A DNA stretch of 64,000 bases from a phage. The notes beneath the pieces were generated by a model, which saw nothing but the letters and a program-made list of their open reading frames with translations, was not told the DNA's origin and searched no databases. The translations under genes and the position numbers were made by a program. Positions 1 to 10,654 of this stretch are shown piece by piece; the stretch's first letter is position 1, and the number at the start of each line of letters is the position of its first letter. The stretch is from the sequence record PZ445436.1. One strand, given 5' to 3'.

Positions 1-165
1 ACGGAATGAATTCTGATTTAATTTTCTACCTTCATGCGTTACTCCAATCTCATTCAGAAATGCAATAAAATTAGCACGATTTTCAACAATATCTTCTCTG
101 GAAAATTTAATCAAAATAGACGCAACAGTAATAATTTCACGCACAACTTCAACAGCATTATTCAT
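1..165 (-). CDS. asiA: Anti-sigma70 factor AsiA, N-terminal 55 codons (3' end lies beyond the window edge)
   Basis: Minus-strand translation from ATG at 163-165 gives MNNAVEVVREIITVASILIKFSREDIVENRANFIAFLNEIGVTHEGRKLNQNSFR, matching recalled T4 AsiA; ORF runs off the window. Confidence 0.88.
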   Translation of the reverse strand, partial: MNNAVEVVREIITVASILIKFSREDIVENRANFIAFLNEIGVTHEGRKLNQNSFR

Positions 166-204
166 AATATTCCAACTCAATAAGATTAGCCATTTATTCA
201 ATAA

Positions 205-240
205 GTTTATTATAACAAACCTATTCTTCTTGTAAACTAC
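205..240 (-). promoter_or_regulatory. Early promoter upstream of asiA
   Basis: Minus strand GTTTAC (232-237), 17-bp spacer, TATAAT (209-214). Confidence 0.55.
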
Positions 241-345
241 TTTGTACAACTTTTTCTGGATTTGTATAACCTTGTCCCAAGAATTCTGCAGCTGTCTGGG
301 CTTCTCTAAGACGTTCTGACTCAACTACTTGCTCAAGATTATGAC

Positions 346-660
346 TCATAGGAGTTCCTCTATGCAACTATCATTATCCTTATAGCTATCAATATAGTCC
401 TGTAGGTCAAAGAAAGCCATTTCATATTCTAGAGCTTTAAGAGCTCGTTCTTCGGTGTAGTCAGAACCGAAGACAATAATGATTTCACCAGGCCAGTTGC
501 GGTCGAAGTCGACACTAAAAGGAATACGAGAACATACTTCGTCTGCCATATCTGCAATAACATTGCGATACACATTCTTGTTAACACGATAGAGCTCTGC
601 GAGTTCTTCACAGCGAATAACCAGTTCAGTGGCAGGAGTTTCTTTTATTTTAGTAAGCAT
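346..660 (-). CDS. Hypothetical small protein (104 aa)
   Basis: ORF in the six-frame track, same strand and packing as neighbours. Confidence 0.5.
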   Translation of the reverse strand: MLTKIKETPATELVIRCEELAELYRVNKNVYRNVIADMADEVCSRIPFSVDFDRNWPGEIIIVFGSDYTEERALKALEYEMAFFDLQDYIDSYKDNDSCIEELL

Positions 661-761
661 AATCTTTACCCTTATGTTTCTGTTTGCGTTTAGATTGAAG
701 TTCTACTTTCTTCTTGTCTTTATGGACAGAAGCCTTATTAAAATCATGCTTTGCTACGAGA

Positions 762-1037
762 TTATTCATCTTCCAATTTCCTTAATTGATATTGCAAAGA
801 GCTAATAATTTCTTCGTTCATTTTAGTATACATATCACGTAAGAAAGGTTTTAGTCCATCACGAATAATAGCTAATGTATCGCCTTTAGCTAAATTAATC
901 AGATAAGGATGGTCCAAAGCATCCCAACCAGGTTGATTAGCATACATCCCGTAATCCTTTTCCATCATATGGTTAAGACGTTTAATTTCTTGAATACGAT
1001 TTTCAATAGCGTCTTTCTGGAGTTGTTTATTATTCAT
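762..1037 (-). CDS. Hypothetical protein (91 aa); size and position compatible with an Arn-type anti-restriction protein, not verified
   Basis: ORF track; lies between asiA and motA as in T4. Confidence 0.45.
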   Translation of the reverse strand: MNNKQLQKDAIENRIQEIKRLNHMMEKDYGMYANQPGWDALDHPYLINLAKGDTLAIIRDGLKPFLRDMYTKMNEEIISSLQYQLRKLEDE

Positions 1038-1498
1038 TAGTAAAGGTCCTCAGAGTAAAGTTCTTTTTCACTACCACCACGTTCAATACGTACTTGTCCA
1101 GCGTAAGTTGCAATAATCATTGCTTCTTCACGTGTCCAATAATTACTATATTGGTCAATAAACCCTTGGTCATCATCACAAACTTGTTGAGTAACTAATT
1201 GAGGTTTAACTACATCTAAAACTTCGGCCATATCTTTAGAATAATGACGAGCACCTGGAATAATAAGAGTTCGTCCATCTTTTAATTTAAACCGATTAGC
1301 AGCACATACAATTCGTCGTTGATACTTTTGGTTTTCATCCCAGTACGCAGTCTGCCAACAGATTTCAGGAACTTCTTTCAGAATATCTTCTTCTGTGCAT
1401 TTATAACCATGCGCTTTAAATTTTTCAACAAGACTTTCTGGAGTTTCACGAGATAAAGGAACATTTAACATTTTTAAACGATTAATAAATGGGTTCAT
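1037..1498 (-). CDS. Hypothetical protein (153 aa)
   Basis: ORF track; start/stop overlap with neighbours. Confidence 0.5.
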   Translation of the reverse strand: MNPFINRLKMLNVPLSRETPESLVEKFKAHGYKCTEEDILKEVPEICWQTAYWDENQKYQRRIVCAANRFKLKDGRTLIIPGARHYSKDMAEVLDVVKPQLVTQQVCDDDQGFIDQYSNYWTREEAMIIATYAGQVRIERGGSEKELYSEDLY

Positions 1499-1824
1499 TT
1501 AAACCATCCTTTAATACGTTGCCACAAAGTTTTCTGCTGAGCTTTGTTAACACCAATTGAACGAATAACTGGTTGAGATTCCTGGAATTCTTTATAATCA
1601 GCAAGGTAAATTTCGTAAGCTGCATCCGTAAATGAACTTATCGCTGCCATAAAATTATTGCGAATACCTACTGGAGCATCTTTACTTTCACGAATAATCA
1701 TGTATTTACCAGTCTTAATCTTTACGATAGTTCCAAGATAAGCTCCATGATACCAGATGTCCCAACCCTCTTGAGTGGGTTCTGCGCAACGACGAAGTTC
1801 ATTAATAATTTCTAACTTGTTCAT
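1495..1824 (-). CDS. Hypothetical protein (109 aa), motA-adjacent
   Basis: ORF track; 4-nt overlap with upstream ORF. Confidence 0.5.
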   Translation of the reverse strand: MNKLEIINELRRCAEPTQEGWDIWYHGAYLGTIVKIKTGKYMIIRESKDAPVGIRNNFMAAISSFTDAAYEIYLADYKEFQESQPVIRSIGVNKAQQKTLWQRIKGWFK

Positions 1825-1834
1825 TATTTATTCC

Positions 1835-2470
1835 TCACAGTTCAGATGCTACAGTGATTACTGCTTCAATGTTTTCTGCCGAACGTTTAATGTCAAGATA
1901 CACATTACCGTTTTTAGCGATTTTACATGACATTCCGATGTCAGTAAATTTCTGAATATGATGTTCCATCATTTTGTATCCAAAAATTCGCATGTTTCCA
2001 TTGTTGTTAATTTCAAAATTACGAATTCCGTGAGTGCGTTTTTCTAAAATAGCGAGATAGTTACTGCGATAAGTTTCAACCTTTTTAAGAACAAATCCAT
2101 TTTCATCTAAAAGTTTTAACATGAGGTCTTTATCTTCTTCCATATCGGAAGTAATCTCACGAGCTTTACGAGTTGCTCGTTTTTTCAGCAGTTCCGGAGC
2201 ATTTTCTTGTGCGTATAAAGTTGCTGCATTTGAAATAATATCCTGAGCTTCACCTGTAATGATTAATCCATCACCAGATTTCTCCACCAAGCCTTTTTTA
2301 ATCAATACCCCAATATTACTATTAACTACTGCGTTACCTAAATCTGGATGCACCTCACGAACTTCTGCAGCTGTAATGAAATCTTTCTTAGCAATAGTAA
2401 TTAAAATCGCAGCAGTTTTTTCATTCAGAACATCGTTAGAAGCTTTGATGATGTAAGTTACTTTAGACAT
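1835..2470 (-). CDS. motA: Middle-transcription activator MotA
   Basis: 211 aa, sequence matches recalled T4 MotA (MSKVTYIIKASNDVLNEKTAAIL...). Confidence 0.88.
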   Translation of the reverse strand: MSKVTYIIKASNDVLNEKTAAILITIAKKDFITAAEVREVHPDLGNAVVNSNIGVLIKKGLVEKSGDGLIITGEAQDIISNAATLYAQENAPELLKKRATRKAREITSDMEEDKDLMLKLLDENGFVLKKVETYRSNYLAILEKRTHGIRNFEINNNGNMRIFGYKMMEHHIQKFTDIGMSCKIAKNGNVYLDIKRSAENIEAVITVASEL

Positions 2471-2507
2471 TTTCTAATCTCCGTAATTCTGTATCAGTAG
2501 TTGATAG

Positions 2508-2545
2508 TTGTATAGTACCACAGTATGCTTTGGTTGTAAACCGTT
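2508..2545 (-). promoter_or_regulatory. Early promoter for motA
   Basis: Minus strand GTTTAC (2536-2541), 18-bp spacer, TGG-TACTAT (2512-2517), conserved leader ACAACTATCAACTAC. Confidence 0.55.
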
Positions 2546-2569
2546 TTGTGAAATTTTTTTTTTTTTGAA

Positions 2570-2598
2570 ATAAAAAAGGGAGAGCCGAGGCTCTCCCT
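2570..2598 (-). terminator. Intrinsic terminator-like hairpin
   Basis: GGGAGAGCC-GAGG-CTCTCCC stem (2578-2597) followed on the minus strand by a U-run. Confidence 0.55.
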
Positions 2599-2602
2599 AA
2601 AA

Positions 2603-2752
2603 TTACTGCATGACTGTGATAACTGTCATGATAACACGTTGAATTCCGAACGCAAGAAGACCTCCTGCTACGGCTGGAACAACACCTAAACCCGCCAGTA
2701 AAATGCTACCAGATACTAATGCAGCGCTTGTAATACCAATGAATGGACTCAT
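2603..2752 (-). CDS. Small hydrophobic protein (49 aa), translationally coupled to gene 52 (ATGA overlap); absent from the ORF track because under 60 aa
   Basis: Hand translation: MSPFIGITSAALVSGSILLAGLGVVPAVAGGLLAFGIQRVIMTVITVMQ. Confidence 0.45.
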   Translation of the reverse strand: MSPFIGITSAALVSGSILLAGLGVVPAVAGGLLAFGIQRVIMTVITVMQ

Positions 2753-4077
2753 TTGATTTCCTCTAAATCTTTGGTGTATTCGGTAACTACATCAGTAGTT
2801 TTCCAATATTCATTTTCTTCTTTTTTAGCTTTAGCTTCTTCAGCAAGTTTCTTTGCTTCGTCGGAAGTCATATGAAAAATATTCATTCCAACTAATTTAT
2901 CAACATAAGAAGAATACATCTCAATTTTAGAAAGTTCTTCGGTCAGTTCTTTACGAGTTTTACCCTGTACAACAATTTCACCTGAAATTACTTTCTTAAT
3001 GAAATGCGCCTTGGCAAAGGCTAAACGAAAAGCTGACTCAGTTTCTTTAATTTTGTTATCAATTCGTTTTTGGACATAAGTTTTACGAACTTCGACGAAG
3101 TCTTTGATTAAATCAACTACGTTATCGTAAACTTGCAGTTTTCCTTTCTCATTAATAACCGTAATATTCTGAGAACGACGCTCAATCAACCCAAAGTCTT
3201 TCATAATTTTTGCATGGCGTTCTTCTTCGTTATCGCTCAAAGAATATTCTTTACGGAATTTAACTTTGAAGCCAAAGCCATGCTCACCACAAGCATCATC
3301 CCATGTAATGAAGCCTTTATCTTCAAGTGGGTCTAAGATTTTACTCACATAAGTTTCACGATCATACTTATACGGAATCTCAGTGATATTCATTTGAGTT
3401 CGTGAAGTAAACTTGTACGTTCCACGAATTTCATATTGACCGTCAATCTCAACGACTTCACCACGAAATTCTGGGAATTCTACCTTCGGTTTAGTTACTT
3501 TCTTTCCTTGAATAGCTTGCAGTACAGCTTTCTTGACAGAAGAAACACTATGAGGAAGAATGTAAGTTGCATAACCAGTTGCAATACCGGAAACGCCATT
3601 AAGAAGAACAGTAGGAATAATAGGCAAATAGAAAGCAGGCGGAATGTGTTCTTTATCTTGATGTACCGGAGCATATTCAGTATCTTTATACACGTTATAG
3701 AAATTTTTACTTATACGAGCAAAAATATAACGACTCGCCGCTGCCTTTTGAACGGTACGAGAACCAAAGTTTCCTTGACCATCTAACAGAGGAAAGTTAT
3801 TATTCCAAGTGTTAGCCATCAAAGCTCCCGCATCTTGCGCAGAGTTTTCGCCATGGTGATATCCAAGGTCCGCTACACCACCTGCGATAGAAGCGAGCTT
3901 ATGAAACTTATCTTTATTTCCTCGTGCCAAATCAAGAGCTCGAGCAATAACAAATCGTTGAACTGGCTTAAATCCATCAATCATATTTGGGATAGCACGA
4001 TTTTCAACCGTGTACATAGCATAAGCCAATGCTTCATTATCAATGATACTTTTTAAATCGCGATTATTCAGTTGCAT
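2749..4077 (-). CDS. 52: DNA topoisomerase II medium subunit (gp52)
   Basis: 442 aa as in T4 gp52; GyrA-like cleavage/rejoining region. Confidence 0.88.
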   Translation of the reverse strand: MQLNNRDLKSIIDNEALAYAMYTVENRAIPNMIDGFKPVQRFVIARALDLARGNKDKFHKLASIAGGVADLGYHHGENSAQDAGALMANTWNNNFPLLDGQGNFGSRTVQKAAASRYIFARISKNFYNVYKDTEYAPVHQDKEHIPPAFYLPIIPTVLLNGVSGIATGYATYILPHSVSSVKKAVLQAIQGKKVTKPKVEFPEFRGEVVEIDGQYEIRGTYKFTSRTQMNITEIPYKYDRETYVSKILDPLEDKGFITWDDACGEHGFGFKVKFRKEYSLSDNEEERHAKIMKDFGLIERRSQNITVINEKGKLQVYDNVVDLIKDFVEVRKTYVQKRIDNKIKETESAFRLAFAKAHFIKKVISGEIVVQGKTRKELTEELSKIEMYSSYVDKLVGMNIFHMTSDEAKKLAEEAKAKKEENEYWKTTDVVTEYTKDLEEIK

Positions 4078-4214
4078 AAATTTACCATACTAGTGAATGT
4101 AGTGCCATAATAACATCAGAAATGAAAAGCACGACTTGAATTAATCCGAACATTATTCCGTAATATAACGCTATCAATAAAATAGCAAGGGCTAATGAAT
4201 AGCCCAAGATTTTC

Positions 4215-4370
4215 TTAATCATTAGATAACAACACAAATGTTAAATATGCACACATACCCTGAGCTAAAGCTTGCGAAAACACACTGCTGGCATCGATAC
4301 AGATAGTTAAAACACATGCTACTATCCAACAAATAAATGAAATAACTCCTAATAATTTTGCGATATTCAT
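4215..4370 (-). CDS. ac: Ac-like small membrane protein (51 aa)
   Basis: Hand translation MNIAKLLGVISFICWIVACVLTICIDASSVFSQALAQGMCAYLTFVLLSND; SD GAGGAAAAT before ATG; size and position match T4 ac. Confidence 0.55.
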   Translation of the reverse strand: MNIAKLLGVISFICWIVACVLTICIDASSVFSQALAQGMCAYLTFVLLSND

Positions 4371-4457
4371 ATTTTCCTCACTGGCGTCCGAAGACGCCTT
4401 TAGTTTTAAGATTATTACGATAGAACTGCATCACGTGTTCGTTGTGGAAATTACTCA

Positions 4458-4916
4458 TTAATATGCCTGCAAAACGAATTTAAAATTATCAGCCAACATA
4501 CGGTTCATTTCTTCAAGTGTTTGATACTCAGAATGATGATTACGAGTAAACGCCAAAGCTAACTGACCTTTTCCAAATCCCGTCGTCAGAGGTTTCATCT
4601 TAGAAGCAGGCAGATAAAATACTGTGTATGGAACATTGTTATTTGCAATAGTACGTGCAAGCTGAGACCGACGTTGACGAATATGACTTAGAACTGCACT
4701 GAATCCTTGCTTAGAACGCTGATTACCTACATAAAATCGTGCAGACACACATGGATTACTAAATGGACGACCATCTAATTTACTTACTAAAAAGTAAAAT
4801 CCAGGTTTAGACAAAATGTCTTTGTGCGGAGTTCCCAAAAACCATTCACCGCCCTTGATTGTACCAATAACAGTTGCGCCTGCATTGTTCAGATCAGTAA
4901 CAGTCATGTATTTCAT
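4458..4916 (-). CDS. ndd: Nucleoid disruption protein Ndd (start refined to MKYMTV...; the track ORF carries a 16-codon upstream extension)
   Basis: 152 aa from ATG at 4914-4916 with SD GAGGAAA; sequence recalled as T4 Ndd. Confidence 0.75.
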
Positions 4917-4976
4917 ATTAATTTCCTCTAAATTATTTTCTACTCCAAGGCCGCATGAATACACGCGGCCATTAAA

Positions 4977-5192
4977 TTAATCGTCGCAGTCGACGCTCAA
5001 TTCCCAAAACTCTTCTACGGTATAAGTTTCAGTATCATTTTCAATACAGAAACGTTCATTACTATTGTTTGCTAAAGTAGCATTAACTGTCATTTTTTCG
5101 CTAGTGCTCTTAAGAGGTGAAATGCGAATTAACTGATCACCATTATCTAAACAAAAAATTTCACCAACTTTTACATCTTTAAAAATTTTCAT
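4977..5192 (-). CDS. Hypothetical protein (71 aa)
   Basis: ORF track. Confidence 0.45.
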   Translation of the reverse strand: MKIFKDVKVGEIFCLDNGDQLIRISPLKSTSEKMTVNATLANNSNERFCIENDTETYTVEEFWELSVDCDD

Positions 5193-5307
5193 AATTCACC
5201 TCAAGGAGTATAAAATCCGAATGCAGTTGTTGACCATCCCATCCAATATGGAAAATTTGCACCAATGTAAAACATAAGAATATAAAACCAAATGTTTAGT
5301 AAATTCA

Positions 5308-5526
5308 TTATTTTACACCATTCCAAATTGTTTCAACCACAGATTTTAAACCATTTTGATGAATATCAATTCCGACTACTGTCATCAAATAGATTCCAAC
5401 TACAACTGAACCCAAGGCAAAAATCAGCATGAAAATGAATAAAGCCGGAAAAATATTATCGAAAAACCATTCAATAAATGTAAAAGCACTGCGTTTACGC
5501 TTCATATTTTCCTCACATAAATCCAA
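5308..5526 (-). CDS. Small membrane protein (72 aa)
   Basis: ORF track; hydrophobic. Confidence 0.45.
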   Translation of the reverse strand: MDLCEENMKRKRSAFTFIEWFFDNIFPALFIFMLIFALGSVVVGIYLMTVVGIDIHQNGLKSVVETIWNGVK

Positions 5527-5626
5527 AGTAAACGTTTAATACATCAATCATTAAAACGATTGGGAATATACTCAAAACTATTAGTATTATAACTACATTC
5601 CATATAGCTTTAACAATCTTTTTCAT
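5513..5626 (-). CDS. Small membrane protein (37 aa); the track ORF 5513..5761 is extended by read-through of the promoter/leader
   Basis: ATG at 5624-5626 preceded by leader GGAGGAACAGAAA; upstream codons translate the conserved promoter element. Confidence 0.4.
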   Translation of the reverse strand: MKKIVKAIWNVVIILIVLSIFPIVLMIDVLNVYFGFM

Positions 5627-5651
5627 TTTCTGTTCCTCCGTAGTTGATAGG

Positions 5652-5686
5652 GTAATAGTACCACGGAAGAACAGTCTTGTAAACAA
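5652..5686 (-). promoter_or_regulatory. Early promoter
   Basis: GTTTAC (5679-5684), 18 bp, TACTAT (5655-5660). Confidence 0.5.
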
Positions 5687-5869
5687 CTTTTTTAAAAATA
5701 TTCGTAATAAATGTGAATACCAACTACTACCGCTGAAACCTGTGCAACCCACCACGCACAAGCAATAAGTACAGAATTCAAAATTTTCATAATAACCTCA
5801 TCACAAAAGTAAATGTTAAACAAATTAATGGAATACTAATTAACCAAACAAAACACCACCATAATGAAC

Positions 5870-6133
5870 TCATAGTTCAATCTCAATGATTTCCAGGTGT
5901 TTTTGTTTTATTGCCTTTTTAACACAATCATGGACTAAATATGACCATGAATCATTATATTCTCCATTAACTAATCGTTGGAGATCTTCACGTGATGATA
6001 AGTAAGGTTGATCTGATTCCCATTTTGATAAAAATACTGCAGTAAAAATATCTCCTTCACCTGTAGTTGAAGTCGTAAATGCAATAAATTCACCGGTAAT
6101 TTTATGTTTAGCGTAATAAAATTTAAATTTCAT
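5870..6133 (-). CDS. Hypothetical protein (87 aa; start refined to MKFKFYY...)
   Basis: ATG at 6131-6133 directly after GGAGGAGTAAAA leader; track extension is promoter read-through. Confidence 0.5.
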   Translation of the reverse strand: MKFKFYYAKHKITGEFIAFTTSTTGEGDIFTAVFLSKWESDQPYLSSREDLQRLVNGEYNDSWSYLVHDCVKKAIKQKHLEIIEIEL

Positions 6134-6157
6134 TTTTACTCCTCCGTAGCTGATAGT

Positions 6158-6192
6158 TGTATAGTACCACGGTCCTTGTGGTATGTAAACCA
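6158..6192 (-). promoter_or_regulatory. Early promoter
   Basis: GTTTAC (6185-6190), 18 bp, TACTAT (6161-6166). Confidence 0.5.
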
Positions 6193-6207
6193 TTTTGTGA
6201 AATTTTT

Positions 6208-6765
6208 TTAAATGGAAAGATACCATCCGTTGTAGTTGCTTTTTCTTACAACCTTACGAAGGTCTTCTCTGTCACCGATGAACTTCGGAGTGTACTGGAT
6301 GACACCTGGATGAATTTCTTTAGTGTTGAATATAATTATACAGTCAGCGACTTGATGATTTAGAATGGGCCCTAGATTTATTCCAGAACCGTATGGATAC
6401 TCTCCGCTGCATCCTGTTGTTACAGAAATCCAACGTGAGTCAGTTTGGTGTGTCTTAACTTCTACACGAAGCCCGCAGTATCTTGGATGCGCCAATACAT
6501 CCCATGCGTATGTATACGGGTCATTAACATCCTCTTGGCCTTTATTAACATACCCGCTTAACCAATCTGCTACAAAAAATTCTGCGTACACAGCGATACG
6601 ACATCTTTCAATAACTTCTGCTTTATCCTGGTTCGGGTTTTGTTTTAAAGAGTATCTTGCTGTATCAGCAATTTTGACCTTCATTTCACTAGTCAAGTCA
6701 CTGTTCGATAGGGTAAATGTCGGAATCTGAAATAGTCTCTGTAAACCCGGATTCGTTTTCTGCAT
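6208..6765 (-). CDS. denB: Endonuclease IV (DenB)
   Basis: 185 aa as in T4 DenB; SD AAGGAAAG before ATG at 6763-6765; lies between ndd and rIIB. Confidence 0.65.
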   Translation of the reverse strand: MQKTNPGLQRLFQIPTFTLSNSDLTSEMKVKIADTARYSLKQNPNQDKAEVIERCRIAVYAEFFVADWLSGYVNKGQEDVNDPYTYAWDVLAHPRYCGLRVEVKTHQTDSRWISVTTGCSGEYPYGSGINLGPILNHQVADCIIIFNTKEIHPGVIQYTPKFIGDREDLRKVVRKSNYNGWYLSI

Positions 6766-7027
6766 TTAGACTTTCCTTTTTACCACTGAGATAGGCGTTA
6801 TATACTTTAAGAGTGCCATAATAAATTCGGTCATTTTCATCTAAAGACTCGCGGTCAAGTTCATCGAGCTCCTTTTTATCCATGACTATAACATCATTAC
6901 AGTAAAGAAACCCAAGTTTTTCGTGACCAAACTCAAATTTATTACAGTACACAATATTAGCGTGATGATTTCCGTGCAGTTTAATCTCTTTTATGTCGGA
7001 ATCACCGATATTCATACAATAAATCAT
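6698..7027 (-). CDS. Hypothetical protein (109 aa); 3' end overlaps denB start by 68 nt
   Basis: ORF track; ATG 7025-7027 with SD AAGGAAAAA. Confidence 0.45.
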   Translation of the reverse strand: MIYCMNIGDSDIKEIKLHGNHHANIVYCNKFEFGHEKLGFLYCNDVIVMDKKELDELDRESLDENDRIYYGTLKVYNAYLSGKKESLNAENESGFTETISDSDIYPIEQ

Positions 7028-7043
7028 AATTTTTCCTTAAAAC

Positions 7044-7066
7044 AAAAGGGCCGAAGCCCTTTTGTT
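7044..7066 (-). terminator. UUCG-type hairpin (terminator/processing site)
   Basis: AAGGGC-CGAA-GCCCTT palindrome followed on minus strand by UUUUGUUUU. Confidence 0.45.
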
Positions 7067-7261
7067 TTACTTGAATTGTGCAATTCTTTTCTCTAGACAT
7101 TCAGCATAAGATTTCATTGAGATGAACTGTGAAAGTAGCAGTTCTTGCTCAACTGCACTAACTGTTAGAAACTTTGCGCTTTCTAAAAATTTACTCAGTG
7201 CATTAATTTTGAGCATTAATTGATCGTATTCTTCTTTTACTCGTGCTTGATAACCTAACAT
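7067..7261 (-). CDS. Hypothetical protein (64 aa)
   Basis: ORF track. Confidence 0.4.
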   Translation of the reverse strand: MLGYQARVKEEYDQLMLKINALSKFLESAKFLTVSAVEQELLLSQFISMKSYAECLEKRIAQFK

Positions 7262-7273
7262 AATTTTCCTTAG

Positions 7274-7293
7274 TTAAGGGCCGAAGCCCTTAT
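7274..7293 (-). other. GC-rich hairpin overlapping the rIIB stop codon
   Basis: AAGGGCCGAAGCCCTT at 7276-7291. Confidence 0.4.
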
Positions 7294-8228
7294 TTAAATT
7301 GTTCAGTAACGTCTTCAACTACTTCGTATTGGCAGGTACGCATTTTAGCATCGTTGTAATCAATCGGAATTGATACTACATCACGCGGATGTACTTTAAC
7401 TTTTACGACTCGGCTGGTTGAACTGCCAAAGTGACGAATATAAGATTTAGAACACACATGCAGACCACGAGAACAAGTTTGTGTATCATCGTCATTCACA
7501 CGAGTACGCGGCATTTTAACTACTTTACCAGGACTGTTATCAAAGGTGTTTGAGTGACAGTCAAAGTAGTTGTCACGAACTACTTTCCAAGCATAGAAGT
7601 AACCATCTTCTGTAATTTCAATATCGTTTGCTACCAAGAAATCAAAGAGTCGAGATACCGCTTTTTGGCTTGGGTTTTCCAACAGATTTTCCAAGAACGG
7701 AAAATAAAATTCAAAGTTTTCGCCTTTTTCCATCGAGTCAAGAATACGATCAACCAAACCAGACCGCAATTCAATATTTTGATAGAACAAGCTTCCACCT
7801 TCAATTCGAACATCGCCGGAAATATATTTTTCAACAGCACGACGAACATTAATTTTTTGTGCCGCTTCTTCCAGCTTATCTGCTACAAGCAGATTAAGAA
7901 TTTCCTGGAAGTTTGAATGAGTATTAGGAGTTGCGTTATAAGTTACACCGTCAACAGTAATTGAAATGAATTTTTTAGATGCATTCCAAATAATGTCAGA
8001 TTTAGCAACTGGAGCAATAACTGCATCGCTATTAACTTTAATTGTAATATCACCGCTAATAGTAACTTTAGAGCGTTTAGCTTCTTCAGCATTTTTCAAA
8101 ACACGACGAATTGTGTCAACCGATACACCTTGCCAATCAGCCAATTCCTGTTGGGTGTAATTACCACTTGAATACAGCTTAACAATTTCAGCTTGTTCGT
8201 TTTTGGTCAGGCATTTAATATTGTACAT
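7290..8228 (-). CDS. rIIB: rIIB protein
   Basis: 312 aa as in T4 rIIB; directly downstream of rIIA. Confidence 0.88.
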   Translation of the reverse strand: MYNIKCLTKNEQAEIVKLYSSGNYTQQELADWQGVSVDTIRRVLKNAEEAKRSKVTISGDITIKVNSDAVIAPVAKSDIIWNASKKFISITVDGVTYNATPNTHSNFQEILNLLVADKLEEAAQKINVRRAVEKYISGDVRIEGGSLFYQNIELRSGLVDRILDSMEKGENFEFYFPFLENLLENPSQKAVSRLFDFLVANDIEITEDGYFYAWKVVRDNYFDCHSNTFDNSPGKVVKMPRTRVNDDDTQTCSRGLHVCSKSYIRHFGSSTSRVVKVKVHPRDVVSIPIDYNDAKMRTCQYEVVEDVTEQFK

Positions 8229-8239
8229 AATTTTCCTTA

Positions 8240-10417
8240 TTAGGCCGCAAGGGCCTTCATAGTTTTAGCGATTTGGGAAACTTCATCATCACTTAAAGAG
8301 TTGCGATAACCGATGAAGTCGGAAACAATACGGAATTTCTTGGTAAACTCAGCAACCATTTTATCACTGTTTTTTGAAGCATTATTTGATAGTACATCAA
8401 AAAGATTAGTTACTGTCCAGATGTCATGACCGATGGTATCTTTTCCACCATTAAAATATACGCCGCGCAATGAACTAACTATATTAGCGAGTCGTGTATA
8501 TTCTTCAGAAACTTCATCTGTACTGAAGTACTTCATCATAAAATCTAGTTCAGGATACTTAATAATTTTATCAATATATCGTTGAGCTGAACTTGAATAA
8601 CCTACATACTTATCATAATCTACATCATCAAAAGCATCTACATATAAATCACGCAAAGCTTCAAAAATACATTGGCACTGACCGAGTTCTTTTACCTTTT
8701 TCTGTAAAAGCGGACGAATAACATAAAATTCATTAATGCCAATAAGATTAGCCATACGAATCAAAATATTCATAGATGGATGACAAAGCGATGTAGTACC
8801 ATCCATAGAGAAAATATCAGAACGATGCATATACGCTACATAACCAGTAATTTCATCTGCTTCTGACGTGAGTGTAAATAGTTCCTCTTTTTCCCATCGC
8901 CCATCTTTAATTTCAAATTTAAATGCTGTAGCAGCTTTAGGACGAGGAGCTTTACTTTTAACTACCTTTGGAATATAGCTTTTAACTAAAGCTTCAATTT
9001 CTGACAAATAATGAATGTTAACTTCATCACTTTCAAACATTGCCATAATATCAGGTAGTAAATCAATCTGCGATTCTACTTCCGGATTAATAAACAGAAG
9101 ACGCTCATTGTGATGAATATTTAAGGTGTTATTAAATTCACTATCATCTAATGCACGTGCTAATCCACGGACAATATTAACACGATTTTTAATATTATCA
9201 ATAACAATATTAATTTTTGTCGTATTAATACCAAACAGACGATAACTTGATGCAACGGCTGAAGTTTCATGACTTTGCTTAATACGCTTCAGTCGAGGGT
9301 CAAGATTTACTTCATACACCACGCCTGCATTACATAACTTACTGTCAGGTTCAAACATGCTCTGCATTTTCTTATATGACAGATTTTTAGTCGTGAATTT
9401 GACTGAATTACTAATCATATAATCTCGAGCAGAATACCCCATCTTCATCAATTCACGATATGTATGACGAGGAGATGTAGATTCTTTAAATCGTTTTACA
9501 TCTTCATTAAATGCTTTCTCACTGAGTTCTTTAACTCGTTCAATAATATTTTTACGAGTACGATCATCTAGTGAAAGAGCCTCACGAGATGGAGCAATAT
9601 CAAGTGAACCCATTGGAAACTTAATGTAATTCACTTCATTGCGGATGCTTAGCCAGTTACGGTCTCTAATAACACCATCGATAGGATAAACAATACCGCC
9701 ATAGATAGCATATAATCCACCACGATCTGGCCAGTATCTTTCTGGATTTACGCCATAATAATCATCAAAATCCGGAAAATAATCAATTTCGCGGTCAAGA
9801 CCATTAATGATAGCCAAATCTTTGAACGGTCGCATGATATAAGAAACTTCATAAGCAAAGTTTCTAAAGTCTTTTTCTTCAACTGGAACTACGATTTCAA
9901 TACCAGTTTTATCATCTGGACCCATTTCTTTTACGAATGTAGGTTTAATCTGTGGGCCATCACCATCCATGTAAGCTACATAACCACGAATTTCACCTTT
10001 ATGATACGAAGTAATACTAAACGTATCAGTATAACTAAACGGAGATTTAGAACCTAAACCAAATCCGCCAATGAAATCGTTAGATTCAGCCTTAGATGAA
10101 CTGAAGTATGAATTATACAGTCCAGGAGAATTATCATCACCCTGAATATCAAAATCACTCATACCCGGACCAAAATCTCGGCAAACAAATCGCGGGTCTA
10201 ATCGTCCTGGAACTTGAATGATAAATTTTTCAGGATTTCCATTGAGAGCATGGGCATCAATCATGTTAGTAATCAATTCACGAACTACTGCGCGAATCTT
10301 GTTTGTATACAAATCAGATGACAGAATTTTAAATACTTTAGGAGACGCTGTGATGCTAAATGCTTTTGATTTAGAACCATTACCAAGAATTGTTTCTTTT
10401 TCAGTGGTGATAATCAT
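8240..10417 (-). CDS. rIIA: rIIA protein
   Basis: 725 aa as in T4 rIIA; GHKL-like ATPase region. Confidence 0.88.
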   Translation of the reverse strand: MIITTEKETILGNGSKSKAFSITASPKVFKILSSDLYTNKIRAVVRELITNMIDAHALNGNPEKFIIQVPGRLDPRFVCRDFGPGMSDFDIQGDDNSPGLYNSYFSSSKAESNDFIGGFGLGSKSPFSYTDTFSITSYHKGEIRGYVAYMDGDGPQIKPTFVKEMGPDDKTGIEIVVPVEEKDFRNFAYEVSYIMRPFKDLAIINGLDREIDYFPDFDDYYGVNPERYWPDRGGLYAIYGGIVYPIDGVIRDRNWLSIRNEVNYIKFPMGSLDIAPSREALSLDDRTRKNIIERVKELSEKAFNEDVKRFKESTSPRHTYRELMKMGYSARDYMISNSVKFTTKNLSYKKMQSMFEPDSKLCNAGVVYEVNLDPRLKRIKQSHETSAVASSYRLFGINTTKINIVIDNIKNRVNIVRGLARALDDSEFNNTLNIHHNERLLFINPEVESQIDLLPDIMAMFESDEVNIHYLSEIEALVKSYIPKVVKSKAPRPKAATAFKFEIKDGRWEKEELFTLTSEADEITGYVAYMHRSDIFSMDGTTSLCHPSMNILIRMANLIGINEFYVIRPLLQKKVKELGQCQCIFEALRDLYVDAFDDVDYDKYVGYSSSAQRYIDKIIKYPELDFMMKYFSTDEVSEEYTRLANIVSSLRGVYFNGGKDTIGHDIWTVTNLFDVLSNNASKNSDKMVAEFTKKFRIVSDFIGYRNSLSDDEVSQIAKTMKALAA

Positions 10418-10427
10418 AATTTCCTCA

Positions 10428-10631
10428 TTAATTCATATTACGCTTAATAACTTCAGCAACTTCTAGTAGTTCATCTTTAGTTGCGGTGTCGGATTGAATT
10501 TTATCTCTAATATCTTTAAAGCGGTTTTTAAATTCTTCGGCTTCTCCCATATCGAAAAAGCGTTGAATGATTCTATATTCTCGATGAACTGCTTTATCAA
10601 AAAGCTCTAAATTTACTTTATATGATTTCAT
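10428..10631 (-). CDS. Hypothetical protein (67 aa), rIIA.1 position
   Basis: ORF track; between gene 39 and rIIA. Confidence 0.5.
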   Translation of the reverse strand: MKSYKVNLELFDKAVHREYRIIQRFFDMGEAEEFKNRFKDIRDKIQSDTATKDELLEVAEVIKRNMN

Positions 10632-10654
10632 TTCAATATCCTCATTTGCCCAAT

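Noticed and set aside
242-349. About 46-codon ORF starting at the ATGA overlap with ORF 346..660 and running through the asiA promoter
   Set aside because: It reads through the promoter -35/-10 elements and is probably promoter read-through
3436-3786. Plus-strand ORFs lying entirely inside large minus-strand genes (for example 3436..3786, 7554..7916, 11208..11417, 38291..38707, 40697..41086)
   Set aside because: They are antisense to well-supported conserved genes, lack SD sequences, and have low-complexity composition typical of chance ORFs in AT-rich DNA
4082-4153. 23-codon hydrophobic ORF in the gene 52 to ac gap as a possible stp-like peptide
   Set aside because: No SD, and the peptide does not resemble what I recall of T4 Stp
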